Sequence record: SRR31156797_5325 | Reading direction: 5' to 3' (one strand) | DNA: 64,000 nt | Shown: in pieces, positions 28,112 to 38,784 of the stretch | Numbering within the stretch: position 1 is the stretch's first letter | Layout of the letters: each line of letters begins with the position of its first letter | The notes under the pieces: model-generated | Databases searched by the model: none | What the model saw: only the letters and a program-made list of their open reading frames with translations | Told to the model about the DNA's origin: nothing | Position numbers and translations under genes: made by a program

Positions 28112-29782
28112 TCATCCATGCATGCGCGCTTCTGATAACCGGCCCGGTATCGCATCAATTAGGCTCTTGGTATAAAAGTCCTGAGGCGTATCGAAGATTT
28201 CAGATCCGGTTCCCATCTCAACAACTTCACCTTTTTTCATCACCATCACTCGGTCACAAATCTGAGCAGCAACACGCAGGTCGTGAGTGATAAAAATCAG
28301 CGATAAATTGAGCTCTATTTTGAGTTTGTTCAACAACTCAAGAACCTGAGCCTGAATGGATACATCAAGCGCTGAAACCGCTTCATCAGCAATGATGATA
28401 TCGGGCTTAAGAGCCAGCGCCCGGGCAATACCAATACGTTGTCGCTGACCACCGGAAAACTCATGGGGGAATCGATCAATCGCTTTAGGATCAAGCCCCA
28501 CCAGCCCCATCAATTCAGCCGCATCTGCCAGTGCTTTGTTCTCATCTTCACCGTAAGCGATAGGACCATCCGCAATAATGCGCCCGACTTTTGCTCTTGG
28601 ATTAAGCGAAGCAAACGGGTCCTGAAATATCATCTGAATATTTCGCCGAGATTGTCTTAGAGCCTCACCTTTCAGGTTGGCCATATCCGTGTCGCCTAAC
28701 AGAACACGCCCAGTATCCGGATCCTGCAAGCGCACTAAGCAGCGCCCTACCGAGGATTTACCAGACCCACTTTCGCCAACAATGCCAAGAGTCTCACCTC
28801 TACCCAAGTTAAAACTGACCCCTTTCACCGCGTGTACCGGCTCTTGCTTTGAGAACAATCCGCCACTACGGCGATAAGTTTTGGTCAGGTTTTCCACCTT
28901 AAGAATGGTTTCACGCTCCGGTTGTTCGGCTTTGCCGCTAAGAAGTCTGGGAATTGCTGAAATCAGTTTCTGGGTGTATTCATGTTTAGGGGAATAAAGC
29001 ACCTCTTCAGCGGTGCCCGCCTCAACAATGCGGCCAAGCTGCATCACAGTGACATAGTCAGCAATCTCGGCAACGACGCCAAAATCGTGAGTGATAAACA
29101 TCACCGCCATGTTTCTCTCGATCTGCAACTTCTGAATAAGCTTAAGAATCTGCTTCTGAGTGGTTACATCCAGAGCTGTTGTTGGTTCATCTGCGATGAG
29201 TACTTGCGGCTCAAGTGCAAGCGCCATTGCGATAACGACACGTTGACGCTGACCACCTGATAACTGGAACGGGTATGACTCAGCAACGCGTGGTGGATCA
29301 GGTAAACCGACTTCAGTAAGCAATTCTATCGCTCTGGCTTTGCGCTCTTTCGGAGTTAAAAGTCCATGCGCTTCAAATACTTCCTCTATTTGCTTAGAGA
29401 CTTTCATAAGAGGATTCAGTGCCGACATAGGCTCCTGGAAAATCATCGCAACCCGGCGTCCCCGTACTCCGTAAAACTCTTCAGGTGACATCGTCAGTAA
29501 GTTCTTGTCCTCTAACATGATACGCCCTTCAGCAACTCGAACTGCATCAGGTAGTAATCCCATTAAGGCGTTAGCTGACATTGATTTACCAGAGCCAGAT
29601 TCACCAACAACACATAACATTTTCCCTGCGTACAAGTTGAGGTTAACTCGCTCTACCGCAAACGGGCGATCAGCGCCATCAGGCAGTGCTATCGAGAGTT
29701 TCGATATTTCCACCACAGGCTGAGCTTCTTCTTTCATAAAATCCACCACATTTGTAGGGAACTCAGAATACATTTCCGTCAT
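28112..29782 (-). CDS. Peptide/opine-type ABC transporter, fused double ATPase
   Basis: 556 aa; two GESGSGKS Walker A motifs, LSGGQRQR and FSGGQRQR signatures. Confidence 0.92.
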   Translation of the reverse strand: MTEMYSEFPTNVVDFMKEEAQPVVEISKLSIALPDGADRPFAVERVNLNLYAGKMLCVVGESGSGKSMSANALMGLLPDAVRVAEGRIMLEDKNLLTMSPEEFYGVRGRRVAMIFQEPMSALNPLMKVSKQIEEVFEAHGLLTPKERKARAIELLTEVGLPDPPRVAESYPFQLSGGQRQRVVIAMALALEPQVLIADEPTTALDVTTQKQILKLIQKLQIERNMAVMFITHDFGVVAEIADYVTVMQLGRIVEAGTAEEVLYSPKHEYTQKLISAIPRLLSGKAEQPERETILKVENLTKTYRRSGGLFSKQEPVHAVKGVSFNLGRGETLGIVGESGSGKSSVGRCLVRLQDPDTGRVLLGDTDMANLKGEALRQSRRNIQMIFQDPFASLNPRAKVGRIIADGPIAYGEDENKALADAAELMGLVGLDPKAIDRFPHEFSGGQRQRIGIARALALKPDIIIADEAVSALDVSIQAQVLELLNKLKIELNLSLIFITHDLRVAAQICDRVMVMKKGEVVEMGTGSEIFDTPQDFYTKSLIDAIPGRLSEARMHG

Positions 29783-29793
29783 GACGAATCTCC

Positions 29794-30633
29794 TTATTTT
29801 CCGCTACGGGACAGGCGTGGATTTAGCGCGTCATTCAGACCTTCGCCAATCAAATTCAACGCCAATACAGTGAACATAATCGCGATGCCAGGGAAGAAAC
29901 TGATCCACCATGCGTGACGAATCGCAGTACGACCGGCACCAATGATGTATCCCCATGACATAACATCAGGAGCACCAAGCCCAAGGAAAGAAAGAGAACT
30001 TTCAATAAGAATTGCTGCGGCAACCATCATTGAAGCAAGGACAATGATTGGAGAAACGGTATTAGGCAGAATTTGACGCCAAATAATGGTTTTGTGTCTC
30101 TGACCAGACAATACCGCCGCTTCAACAAATTCACGAGATCTCAAAGCCATCACTTCCCCGCGTAAAAGACGAGCAACCGGAGGCCAGGAAACAATGCCAA
30201 TAGAGATGACGATTGAATAAAGCGATGGCTGGAAAATAGCAACGAGTACAATGGCAAGTGCGAAACTAGGAACAGATTGAAACAGTTCAGTGAATCGCAT
30301 CAGTGCGTCATCAATCTTCCCACCGAAATAGCCTGCAACCGCACCAATAGGGATACCAATAAGCAGTGACACTAAGGTTGAAATCAATCCAACCAACAAA
30401 GAAACCCGTGCTCCATGCGCTAACTCTGCAGCGATATCACGCCCCATAGTGTCTGTACCAAGGATAAACCCAGGCATAGTAAATGGTGCAAGAAATGGTC
30501 TTTGGACCATTGCCCAAGGAGATTTAGGGAATAAGAACGGGGCACTCACTGACAGAAGTACAACCGCAGCAATAATGATAAGCCCAAACATCGCAGCACG
30601 ATTTTGAGAAAAGCGTTTCCAAAATTCAGTCAT
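29794..30633 (-). CDS. ABC transporter permease (DppC/OppC-like)
   Basis: 279 aa; LGTDTMGRD, EFVEAAVLSG EAA loop. Confidence 0.92.
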   Translation of the reverse strand: MTEFWKRFSQNRAAMFGLIIIAAVVLLSVSAPFLFPKSPWAMVQRPFLAPFTMPGFILGTDTMGRDIAAELAHGARVSLLVGLISTLVSLLIGIPIGAVAGYFGGKIDDALMRFTELFQSVPSFALAIVLVAIFQPSLYSIVISIGIVSWPPVARLLRGEVMALRSREFVEAAVLSGQRHKTIIWRQILPNTVSPIIVLASMMVAAAILIESSLSFLGLGAPDVMSWGYIIGAGRTAIRHAWWISFFPGIAIMFTVLALNLIGEGLNDALNPRLSRSGK

Positions 30634-31602
30634 TTACGCCTCCTTAATTCTTGGATCAACCAAGCGATATAGAACGTCGGTAATCAAGTTAAACAGCAAA
30701 ACCATCGCCGCCGAGACCATAAACACACCAAGCAGTAGATTGTAATCACGTTGTGACAAAGCATCGAACATCAGACGACCAATTCCCGGCCAGGCAAACA
30801 CGGTTTCGATTAATACCGCACCGCTAACCAATTGCCCTGCCTGCAAACCAGCCAGAGTCACAACGGGTAATAAGGCGTTGCGTAGTACGTGTCTTCTTTG
30901 GATAACCGCAGGACGTAAACCTTTTGCTTTCGCTGTTTTGACGAAATCCAGCTGATTCACTTCCAACATCGATGCTCGGGTCATGCGTACATAGACGGCC
31001 ATGAAAAACAGACCAAGAGTCATTGAAGGCAACGCAAGGTGGTGGAGAATATCCAGTATTCGATCCATTCCCGTATAGTCCGCACCAACTGTTTCATAGC
31101 CGAACCCCGGCAACCAGTTAAGTTGAACTGAAAATAGCAGTACTCCCATCAGCGCCAACCAGAAAAGAGGCGTGGCGTAAAAGATAAGCGCAACAAAAGA
31201 AATCGCCATGTCACTGAGTTTTCCCTGACGTGCTGAAGCAATAGCCCCACCCAATACGCCAAGTCCTAACGAAATGACAAAAGCAGAAAGTGACAGCAGT
31301 AAAGTCGCTGGTAATCGGTCACCGATCAAATCAACAACCGGAAGTGACTGACGATAGGAAAAGCCTAAATCAAGCTGAACTATCGACGAAATATAAATCC
31401 AAAGCTGTACATAAAGTGGCTGATCAAGGCCAAAGCGTTCACGTAGTTGTTGAAGGAAAATCGGGTCTGTGTCACCGGCCTCACCCGCCATTACTGCAGC
31501 TGGGTCACCTGGTGCCATATGAATGAGCAAGAAGTTAAATACAGCGATACACAGTAAAATGATAATTGCCCGTACAAGCCGTCCTGAGATAAAACGAATC
31601 AT
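30634..31602 (-). CDS. ABC transporter permease (DppB/OppB-like)
   Basis: 322 aa; PGDPA, FVKTAKAKGL, ETVFAWPGIGRL. Confidence 0.92.
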   Translation of the reverse strand: MIRFISGRLVRAIIILLCIAVFNFLLIHMAPGDPAAVMAGEAGDTDPIFLQQLRERFGLDQPLYVQLWIYISSIVQLDLGFSYRQSLPVVDLIGDRLPATLLLSLSAFVISLGLGVLGGAIASARQGKLSDMAISFVALIFYATPLFWLALMGVLLFSVQLNWLPGFGYETVGADYTGMDRILDILHHLALPSMTLGLFFMAVYVRMTRASMLEVNQLDFVKTAKAKGLRPAVIQRRHVLRNALLPVVTLAGLQAGQLVSGAVLIETVFAWPGIGRLMFDALSQRDYNLLLGVFMVSAAMVLLFNLITDVLYRLVDPRIKEA

Positions 31603-31636
31603 GATCTTCTCCGGAGATGTGTAGATAAAGCGTGGA

Positions 31637-31661
31637 GTGCGAGGGAGCTATTCCCTCGCAC
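31637..31661 (-). other. Intercistronic stem-loop after the solute-binding protein gene
   Basis: GTGCGAGGGA-gctat-TCCCTCGCAC; typical position for stabilising SBP mRNA. Confidence 0.55.
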
Positions 31662-31670
31662 CAGGTATGA

Positions 31671-33269
31671 TCAGTGTTTGATCCAAGTATCACGTAACGA
31701 GTCAGAAAGACCATTAGCCGTGGTGACTGCTTTCTGGAATTTGCAGTTGTAGATAGTCGGGAAATGAAGGTCAAGCAACCAAGCTACAGGAACATCCTTT
31801 TGCAGCTTCTCCTGAACCTGATCGTAAATTTTCTGACGCTCTGAAGCCGGGAAAGCAACTGAGGCCTGGTCAAATAAAGTATCTACTTCAGGGTTGCTGT
31901 AGCCTGCAACGTTAGTCCAAGGTGAACCTTTAGGAATTTGACTGGTACGGTAGTTACGTTCCACACCAATCGCCGGGTCACCATTCTGATACATGTAAGT
32001 AAACGCAATATCGTAATCGCGGTTTGCATTGCGCTGGTTCCAGCCAGCCACATCCGTCGCTTCGATGCTAACAGCAATACCCACCTCTTCGAGGTTCTGT
32101 TTCACAGCCTCAGCCCAACGCTGCCAGGTCTCTCCATATGGCAACGGAAGTAAGCGAAGCGGCTCACCTTTTTCATAACCGATCTCTTTTAGCAATGCTT
32201 TTGCTTTTTCAGGGTTATGTTCGTAAGTTGGTTTCTGCTCACTGTAGAAAGGCAAACGCTGCGAGAAAGGACCCGTTGCAATCTCACCGTGACCATTCCA
32301 TAAAACATCCAGAGCGAACTGTCGATCCAGCGCATACATAACAGCCTGACGGAATTTAGGATTATCCATTGGTGCGACAGTATTATTCATCCACAACCAT
32401 GACAATGGTGATGTATATTCCCAGCCTTTTTCTGTCAGACAGGTATTTGGTAAATCAGACAAACGGGCAATATCAAAGTTTTCAACAGTGCCACCAGGAA
32501 GCGCATCTAAAACTCCCGTTTCATAAGCAACAGCTCGAGAAGCGGCGTCAGGAATAATGTGATAAATAACTTCATCAAGGTATGGCTTACCTGCCATATA
32601 ATAATCTTCATTTTTGACTAACTTAATAAAGTTACCACGTTGCCATTCCGAAAATTTAAACGGTCCGGTACCAATGGGCTTATCATTATTTGGATTATTA
32701 CTGTAATCGGTTCCAGCATAAAGGTGCTTAGGAATAATAGGCATTTTGCTGAAGTTAAATGAACGAATAAAAGCCTCAAATGGCTGGCTCAGTTTAAAAA
32801 CAACGGTATTAGCATCAGGTGCCGTTACTGAATCAACGTGACTCATAATAAGGCGTTGGAATGGCTGCGTTTTAACCAGAAAATCACTCACACTAAACAC
32901 CACATCTTCAGATGTCATCGCGACACCATCATGAAACTTGACGTTCTCTTGCAGGTGGAACGTGTAAGTCAGTCCATCATCCGAGATTTCCCATGACTTA
33001 GCCAGAGATGGATGAGGCTGCAACTTATCATCGTAACGCAACAGTCCTTCGTAAATATTACCGCCAACAGCCTGACTTGATGCATTACTGATAACACCAA
33101 GCATCAAAGATGGTGGCTCAGGAATGACCGTTAAATTGATTTTTCCGCCTGGTTCAGGTGTGTCACTTGCAACAGCAACACCAGTGGCTGAACCCGCAGC
33201 CATAATTGCCATCAGACAATGCGAAGCAATTGATATTTTGGGCGATTTCCATTGTTTGATAAAACTCAT
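31671..33269 (-). CDS. ABC transporter solute-binding protein, family 5
   Basis: 532 aa; signal peptide, LAKSWEISDDGLTYTFHL, PIGTGPF. Confidence 0.92.
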   Translation of the reverse strand: MSFIKQWKSPKISIASHCLMAIMAAGSATGVAVASDTPEPGGKINLTVIPEPPSLMLGVISNASSQAVGGNIYEGLLRYDDKLQPHPSLAKSWEISDDGLTYTFHLQENVKFHDGVAMTSEDVVFSVSDFLVKTQPFQRLIMSHVDSVTAPDANTVVFKLSQPFEAFIRSFNFSKMPIIPKHLYAGTDYSNNPNNDKPIGTGPFKFSEWQRGNFIKLVKNEDYYMAGKPYLDEVIYHIIPDAASRAVAYETGVLDALPGGTVENFDIARLSDLPNTCLTEKGWEYTSPLSWLWMNNTVAPMDNPKFRQAVMYALDRQFALDVLWNGHGEIATGPFSQRLPFYSEQKPTYEHNPEKAKALLKEIGYEKGEPLRLLPLPYGETWQRWAEAVKQNLEEVGIAVSIEATDVAGWNQRNANRDYDIAFTYMYQNGDPAIGVERNYRTSQIPKGSPWTNVAGYSNPEVDTLFDQASVAFPASERQKIYDQVQEKLQKDVPVAWLLDLHFPTIYNCKFQKAVTTANGLSDSLRDTWIKH

Positions 33270-33714
33270 ACAACACTTCCTTGTGATTGTTATTTAACCG
33301 ATATATCAATATATAGCATGCCGAAAAATATGATTTCAAGCGTTTTTATTTGCCCCAAGAACTGTTTTTATTTTCACCAAAAATGGGCGTTTTTTTGCCC
33401 CAATCTGGACATCAGACACACTCCTAACGCAAGTTGATAAAAAATAAGAAATCTTTATCTAGAAAACGATAGGCAATCAGTCACCTAAACAGTGACTGAC
33501 ATCGATATCTGAGATAAAACAATCAAGATTGGTGCAAAAAAAATATTAGAGCTTTAAATCTAGTTTTTGACTAAAAGGAACTAGCCGCGATAAATTGAAG
33601 ATGCAGACTAAAAGCAAAGACAGTATCAGCCTTTAGTGACTATATTTCATGACGTCATTGGGGGGAAATGAACGCAGGCAAGTCGCCCGCGTCTTCTTCT
33701 GTGGAAAGTATCGG

Positions 33715-34461
33715 TTACTCCTGAGGGATAACCAATGCATTAAGAATATCCATATCCTCTTCCTGGATAACGATATTAGGGTTTTCTTCGACAACCAGAG
33801 ACAACATTCTGGCAATGTCGTCAAGGTGGCTTCGAATCAGTTCGCAAGCCAAATCCTCATCATTTGCACGAATAGCATCATAAATCGCCCGATGCTCATT
33901 AACCATTGCATCAAAGTAGCCCGACTTAGGAAACGCCCGATAGCGAACCCGGTCAAGCTGCCCAATAGAGCTATGAATGGTCTGCCAGACATTGGGGAAT
34001 CCGGCCACTTTACAAATCAACTGATGAAAAGAGTTATCTATAGAGAAAGCTTCATCATAGTCTTCCCTCTCTGCGGTATCAGACTGAAGAAACATGAGCA
34101 ACTGAAATTCTTTATCAAACACCGAGTTGTATTTACGGGCAGCTAAGCGCACCATCCTCATCTCAAGACTTGATCGTACAATTTGTCCTTCAATCACACT
34201 GCGCACAGAAATTTTGCTGACAAAGGTACCGTCGCCAGGAACGATGTTAATTAACCCCTCCTGAGCAAGGCGAAGAACCGCCTCCCGGACAGGTGTTCGC
34301 GAGATATTGAAATTAGCGCATATCTCTTTCTCACTCAGAATTGCACCAGGTTCAAGCTCCATTTTTATGATGGCATCCCGAATTCCGTTATAAGCCAAAA
34401 CAGCCTTGGGCTGGCCACCGCTACTTGGTCTTGAATCAGACCACTTTGTAAATGAATTCAC
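33715..34461 (-). CDS. GntR family (FCD domain) transcription regulator
   Basis: 248 aa, GTG start; ISRTPVREA HTH; DNSFH, EHRAI, HL metal-site motifs. Confidence 0.9.
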   Translation of the reverse strand: MNSFTKWSDSRPSSGGQPKAVLAYNGIRDAIIKMELEPGAILSEKEICANFNISRTPVREAVLRLAQEGLINIVPGDGTFVSKISVRSVIEGQIVRSSLEMRMVRLAARKYNSVFDKEFQLLMFLQSDTAEREDYDEAFSIDNSFHQLICKVAGFPNVWQTIHSSIGQLDRVRYRAFPKSGYFDAMVNEHRAIYDAIRANDEDLACELIRSHLDDIARMLSLVVEENPNIVIQEEDMDILNALVIPQE

Positions 34462-34906
34462 TCGCTATGCTCTCCCTATACCTCAAAGGAAATAGACTCA
34501 AACCAATGGATTTGGATAGGCAGGTTTAAGTATTTATTAATTGTTCATAACTCATTTATATACGTCTGAGCCATTCTGATATTGATGTATCATGATTCTG
34601 TTTTTTGTCAAAATCAAGCTGATTAATTTTTATAAGATAGAAAAATTAATATATAAACTTTAACGTCCTAAATATTACAATCCAAATCAAACTAAAAATA
34701 ACGAATAGATATTAAAAATTAAAACTTCAGATTATTTTTAACTTTACGGCCTGACTTAAATAGAAACCCAAGTATTCACGACAATAATTTATAAAAATCA
34801 ATATTATTGTTAATACAAACAGCTCGGTATTAAACACTATTCCAGATATTAAAAACACCCACATTAATCTCGCTTATTCTAGAGTAAGAACCTCTGACAC
34901 CAATAC

Positions 34907-34936
34907 AAAAAAAGGCACCACATATGTGATGCCTTT
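34907..34936 (-). terminator. Terminator of the cyo operon
   Basis: Minus strand AAAGGCATCACATATGTGGTGCCTTTTTTT. Confidence 0.75.
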
Positions 34937-34968
34937 CAGCTTGTGACGGAGTTTTCAAAAATGAAAAC

Positions 34969-35841
34969 TTAGATCAAAATAGGGATGAACAGCTCGACAC
35001 CCAATACGGTACTGATGCCCATGACAACCAGTAACGACACTTTGAATACGGCTTTTGACCATTCAACATAATTTTCTTCAGTGACTTTTTTGAACGTCAC
35101 TTGTGTCCACATAAAACAGACACCTGCCGCAACAACCAAGTACTCGTAACCGCCATTTCCTAACAGAAACAGACCCAACGCGACTAGGTTAAATGCAACG
35201 ACATAAGCCATCATGTGCTTGCGCGCTTTTTCGATACCAGATACCACCGGTAATACAGGAATGCCGGCATTTTTATAATCTTGCATACGAAACATTGCAA
35301 TGGCATAGGAATGTGGCATCTGCCATAGGCTGAACAAAGCAAACAGCAACACGGCTTCCAAGCTGATGTAGTTGGTTACTGCTAAGTAACCAACCAGCGG
35401 AGGCACAGCGCCAGAGACGCTGCCGACCAGAGTTCCATATACTGAATTGCGCTTGTACCACATGGTGTAGAAGAAGACGTAGAACACGTAACCCAATAAC
35501 ACCATAACAGCCGAAAGCGGGTTCGCCATGCGATAGAGAAGCCCTGTCCCCATTAACAGCAGTACAATGGCAAATACAAAAGCATGATCAATATTGATAT
35601 CGCCTTGCGCCAATACACGTCCGCGAGTTCGATCCATTTTTAAATCGATATCACGGTCAAAAATATTGTTTACCACGCAACCCGAAGCAATCACCATAGC
35701 TACCCCAGCCAATGTGTAGAGTAACAATAGTCCATCCGCAGCCTCTGATTTAGCTGCGAGGAAATACCCCGCAGCCACAGAGATTAAGTTGCCGATGATA
35801 ATGCCCGGCTTAGTAATTGATAGGTAACCTCTGATCATCAT
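34969..35841 (-). CDS. cyoE: Heme o synthase (protoheme IX farnesyltransferase)
   Basis: TKPGII, NNIFDRDIDLKMDRTRGR, WQMPHSYAIA. Confidence 0.95.
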   Translation of the reverse strand: MMIRGYLSITKPGIIIGNLISVAAGYFLAAKSEAADGLLLLYTLAGVAMVIASGCVVNNIFDRDIDLKMDRTRGRVLAQGDINIDHAFVFAIVLLLMGTGLLYRMANPLSAVMVLLGYVFYVFFYTMWYKRNSVYGTLVGSVSGAVPPLVGYLAVTNYISLEAVLLFALFSLWQMPHSYAIAMFRMQDYKNAGIPVLPVVSGIEKARKHMMAYVVAFNLVALGLFLLGNGGYEYLVVAAGVCFMWTQVTFKKVTEENYVEWSKAVFKVSLLVVMGISTVLGVELFIPILI

Positions 35842-35844
35842 GGC

Positions 35845-36159
35845 CTACATCATCATATTGACGTTAAGGTTCCACATGATCCAGACAGAACCAGCAATCA
35901 GAATCAACACAACCAAAGCGGTAAACATCAGAGAAACAAAGTTCCACTTGCCCTCTTCCGTTTTTAGTTCCATGTGCAGGAAGTAAACGAAATGAACAAT
36001 CACCTGAACAATGGCGCAGCCAAACATCACCGCATAAGTCATGTCTTTTGGCAGGCTTTGCGTTGCGACAAAGTAAAACGGGATAATGGTCAGTATGAGT
36101 GACGCAATAAAGCCCTTAATGTAATCACTCTTCGCTGTGTCTAAATGTTGGTTGCTCAT
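35845..36159 (-). CDS. cyoD: Cytochrome bo3 ubiquinol oxidase subunit IV
   Basis: Start set to MSNQH at 36159 (TAATG overlap with cyoC); LTIIPF, QVIVHFVYFLH, GSVWIM. Confidence 0.92.
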   Translation of the reverse strand: MSNQHLDTAKSDYIKGFIASLILTIIPFYFVATQSLPKDMTYAVMFGCAIVQVIVHFVYFLHMELKTEEGKWNFVSLMFTALVVLILIAGSVWIMWNLNVNMMM

Positions 36160-36752
36160 TACATGACCCCCATTAAGTAAACGATGGTAAATACACAGAT
36201 CCAAACGATGTCAAGGAAGTGCCAGAACAAGCTTAAGCAGTTAAAGCGTGTTTCCATCATCTCGTTCAAGCCTTTCGTTGATAGCTGCCAGTAACCGACT
36301 GCTAACCAAATCAAACCAAAGCTCACGTGTAGACCATGTGTACCAACCAGAGTAAAGAACGCTGACAAGAAAGCACTGCGCTGTGGGCTTGCACCTTCAG
36401 CAATCAGGTGGTGGAACTCATAAAGTTCCATCGCGATAAAGCCAGCACCCAACAGGAATGTCACCGCTAACCAGCGTTTCAGGCCCGCAATGTCTTTACG
36501 CTTCATGGCAATCATACCGAAACCGAAAGTGATACTACTGAATAGCAGCATCATGGTTTCAGCAAATACGAATGGCAGTTCGAACAGCTCTTTCGCATCC
36601 GGTCCACCAGCAGTCGCGTTAGCCAGTACTGCGTATGTTGCGAACAAGCTCGCAAACAACACACAGTCACTCATCAGGTAAATCCAGAAACCGAACAGTT
36701 TCAGACCACCGGTATCGTGGTGATCATGTGCATCATGAGTATTAGCGTGCAT
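36159..36752 (-). CDS. cyoC: Cytochrome bo3 ubiquinol oxidase subunit III
   Basis: [27 protein letters not shown]. Confidence 0.95.
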   Translation of the reverse strand: MHANTHDAHDHHDTGGLKLFGFWIYLMSDCVLFASLFATYAVLANATAGGPDAKELFELPFVFAETMMLLFSSITFGFGMIAMKRKDIAGLKRWLAVTFLLGAGFIAMELYEFHHLIAEGASPQRSAFLSAFFTLVGTHGLHVSFGLIWLAVGYWQLSTKGLNEMMETRFNCLSLFWHFLDIVWICVFTIVYLMGVM

Positions 36753-38778
36753 AGTCCACCTCCATATCGTTGTCGTCTTCGTTCTGAGCCGGTACTTGAC
36801 CTCTTGCTTCTAGAACACGCTTACGGTGCGCTTCTTCAATTGCTTTGATTTCATCAGGTTGCACGTAGTAATCAATATCTTCGTTGAAGCTATGCTTGAT
36901 AGCTGTCACAACCACACCGATGAAGCCAACGGCTGCTAACCACCAGATGTACCAAATCATGGCGAAACCAAAAATAAGAGCAAAGGCAGAAATATACATA
37001 CCTGTTGCCGTGTTCTTCGGCATATGAATGGGTGCGTATTCAACGTCTTTAGTGATGTCGTGTTCGCCACGCTCTTTCTGATACCAGAACGCATCTAGCT
37101 CATCCCCTTTAGGGATCACTGCAAAGTTGTAGAATGGTGGTGGAGAAGACGTTGCCCACTCAAATGTTCGACCATCCCACGGGTCACCAGTAACGTCAGG
37201 GTTAAGGTGACGATCACGGATACTGACGTAGAACTGAATGAACTGGCACAGTACGCCAAGTGCGATAATCGCAGTACCGAACGCAGCCACGGCAAGAAGC
37301 GGGAAGAATTCAGGATCCAGATTTTGGCTGATACGACGAGTCATACCCATAAAGCCAAGCGCGTAAAGTGGCAGGAATGCCAGAATGAAACCGGTGATCC
37401 AACACCAGAACGCACGTTTACCCCAGCTTTCATTTAGCATGAAGCCTGTTGCTTTCGGGAACCAGTAGGCAATCGCGGCAAAACAACCGAATACCACACC
37501 ACCGATGATGACATTGTGGAAGTGTGCGATCAGGAATACAGAGTTATGAAGAACAAAATCTGCCCCCGGTACCGCCATCAGTACGCCTGTCATACCACCG
37601 ATAGTGAATGAAATCAGGAAGCCAACCGTCCACATCATAGGCGTTGTGAAACGAATACGACCACGGTACATAGTGAACAACCAGTTGAAGATCTTAACCC
37701 CAGTCGGAATCGAGATAATCATGGTTGCAATACCAAAGAAAGCGTTTACGTTTGCACCCGCACCCATAGTGAAGAAGTGGTGTAACCAAACGACGAAAGC
37801 CAGGATTGTGATCACAATCGTTGCCCAAACCAGTGAGGTGTAACCGAACAGTTTCTTACGAGAGAACGTCGCTGTGACTTCAGAGAAAACACCGAAGACA
37901 GGAAGAACAAGGATGTATACCTCAGGGTGACCCCATGCCCAAATCAGGTTGACATACATCATCATGTTGCCGCCCATATCATTGGTGAAGAAGTGCATTC
38001 CTAAGTAACGATCTAATGTTAGAAGCGCGATGGTAACCGTTAAGATTGGGAACGAAATAATAATCAAAATGTTTGAACACAGCGATGCCCAAGTGAAGAC
38101 AGGCATCTTCATCAATGGCATTGTAGGTGCACGCATACGCAGAATCGTCGCGAAGAAGTTCACGCCTGATAATGTCGTACCCACACCGGATATTTGCAGC
38201 GCCCATATCCAATAATCGACCCCGACTCCCGGACTGGCATCAATGCCAGACAGCGGTGGATATGCAAGCCAGCCAGTACGGCCGAACTCACCCACTGCGA
38301 GAGACATGTTGGTTAAAATAATACCAACAACGAACAACCAAAAACTTAAGTTGTTCAAAAACGGATACGCAACATCGCGAGCACCAATTTGCAGTGGGAC
38401 AATAATGTTCATCAAACCAATGACGAGCGGCATTGCCACAAAGAAAATCATGATCACGCCATGCGCGGTAAAGATTTGGTCGTAGTGGTGCTGTGGCAGG
38501 TAACCTGCTTCACCCGCTGACGACAATAGCTGTTGGCTACGCATCATCACCGCATCGGCAAAACCACGAATTAACATGATCATTGCTGCAGCAATATACA
38601 TAAAGCCTAATTTTTTGTGGTCTACTGATGTAAACCATTCACTCCAAAGATATTGCCACTTGCCCATACGCGTAATTGTCGCAACAACAGCAATACCAAC
38701 AATCGCAATCATAGCCATAGTGATCATGATAATTGGCTCATGGTATGGAATGGAGTCTAATGTGAGTCTTCCAAACAT
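36742..38778 (-). CDS. cyoB: Cytochrome bo3 ubiquinol oxidase subunit I
   Basis: 678 aa; RGFADA, GHPEVY, WLHHFF, AHFH heme-copper motifs. Confidence 0.97.
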   Translation of the reverse strand: MFGRLTLDSIPYHEPIIMITMAMIAIVGIAVVATITRMGKWQYLWSEWFTSVDHKKLGFMYIAAAMIMLIRGFADAVMMRSQQLLSSAGEAGYLPQHHYDQIFTAHGVIMIFFVAMPLVIGLMNIIVPLQIGARDVAYPFLNNLSFWLFVVGIILTNMSLAVGEFGRTGWLAYPPLSGIDASPGVGVDYWIWALQISGVGTTLSGVNFFATILRMRAPTMPLMKMPVFTWASLCSNILIIISFPILTVTIALLTLDRYLGMHFFTNDMGGNMMMYVNLIWAWGHPEVYILVLPVFGVFSEVTATFSRKKLFGYTSLVWATIVITILAFVVWLHHFFTMGAGANVNAFFGIATMIISIPTGVKIFNWLFTMYRGRIRFTTPMMWTVGFLISFTIGGMTGVLMAVPGADFVLHNSVFLIAHFHNVIIGGVVFGCFAAIAYWFPKATGFMLNESWGKRAFWCWITGFILAFLPLYALGFMGMTRRISQNLDPEFFPLLAVAAFGTAIIALGVLCQFIQFYVSIRDRHLNPDVTGDPWDGRTFEWATSSPPPFYNFAVIPKGDELDAFWYQKERGEHDITKDVEYAPIHMPKNTATGMYISAFALIFGFAMIWYIWWLAAVGFIGVVVTAIKHSFNEDIDYYVQPDEIKAIEEAHRKRVLEARGQVPAQNEDDNDMEVDYAR

Positions 38779-38784
38779 CGTCTG

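Noticed and set aside
33649-34146. 165-aa plus-strand ORF
   Set aside because: Antisense to gntR with no recognisable features
20686-34968. Prophage, integron or transposon as the vehicle for the island
   Set aside because: No integrase, transposase, phage genes, attC/VCR repeats, tRNA target or terminal repeats were seen
36160-36204. N-terminal extensions in the ORF track (cyoD; likewise 42132, 45053, 47343, 47793)
   Set aside because: They overlap neighbouring genes or lack an RBS; downstream ATGs fit family N-termini or coupling better
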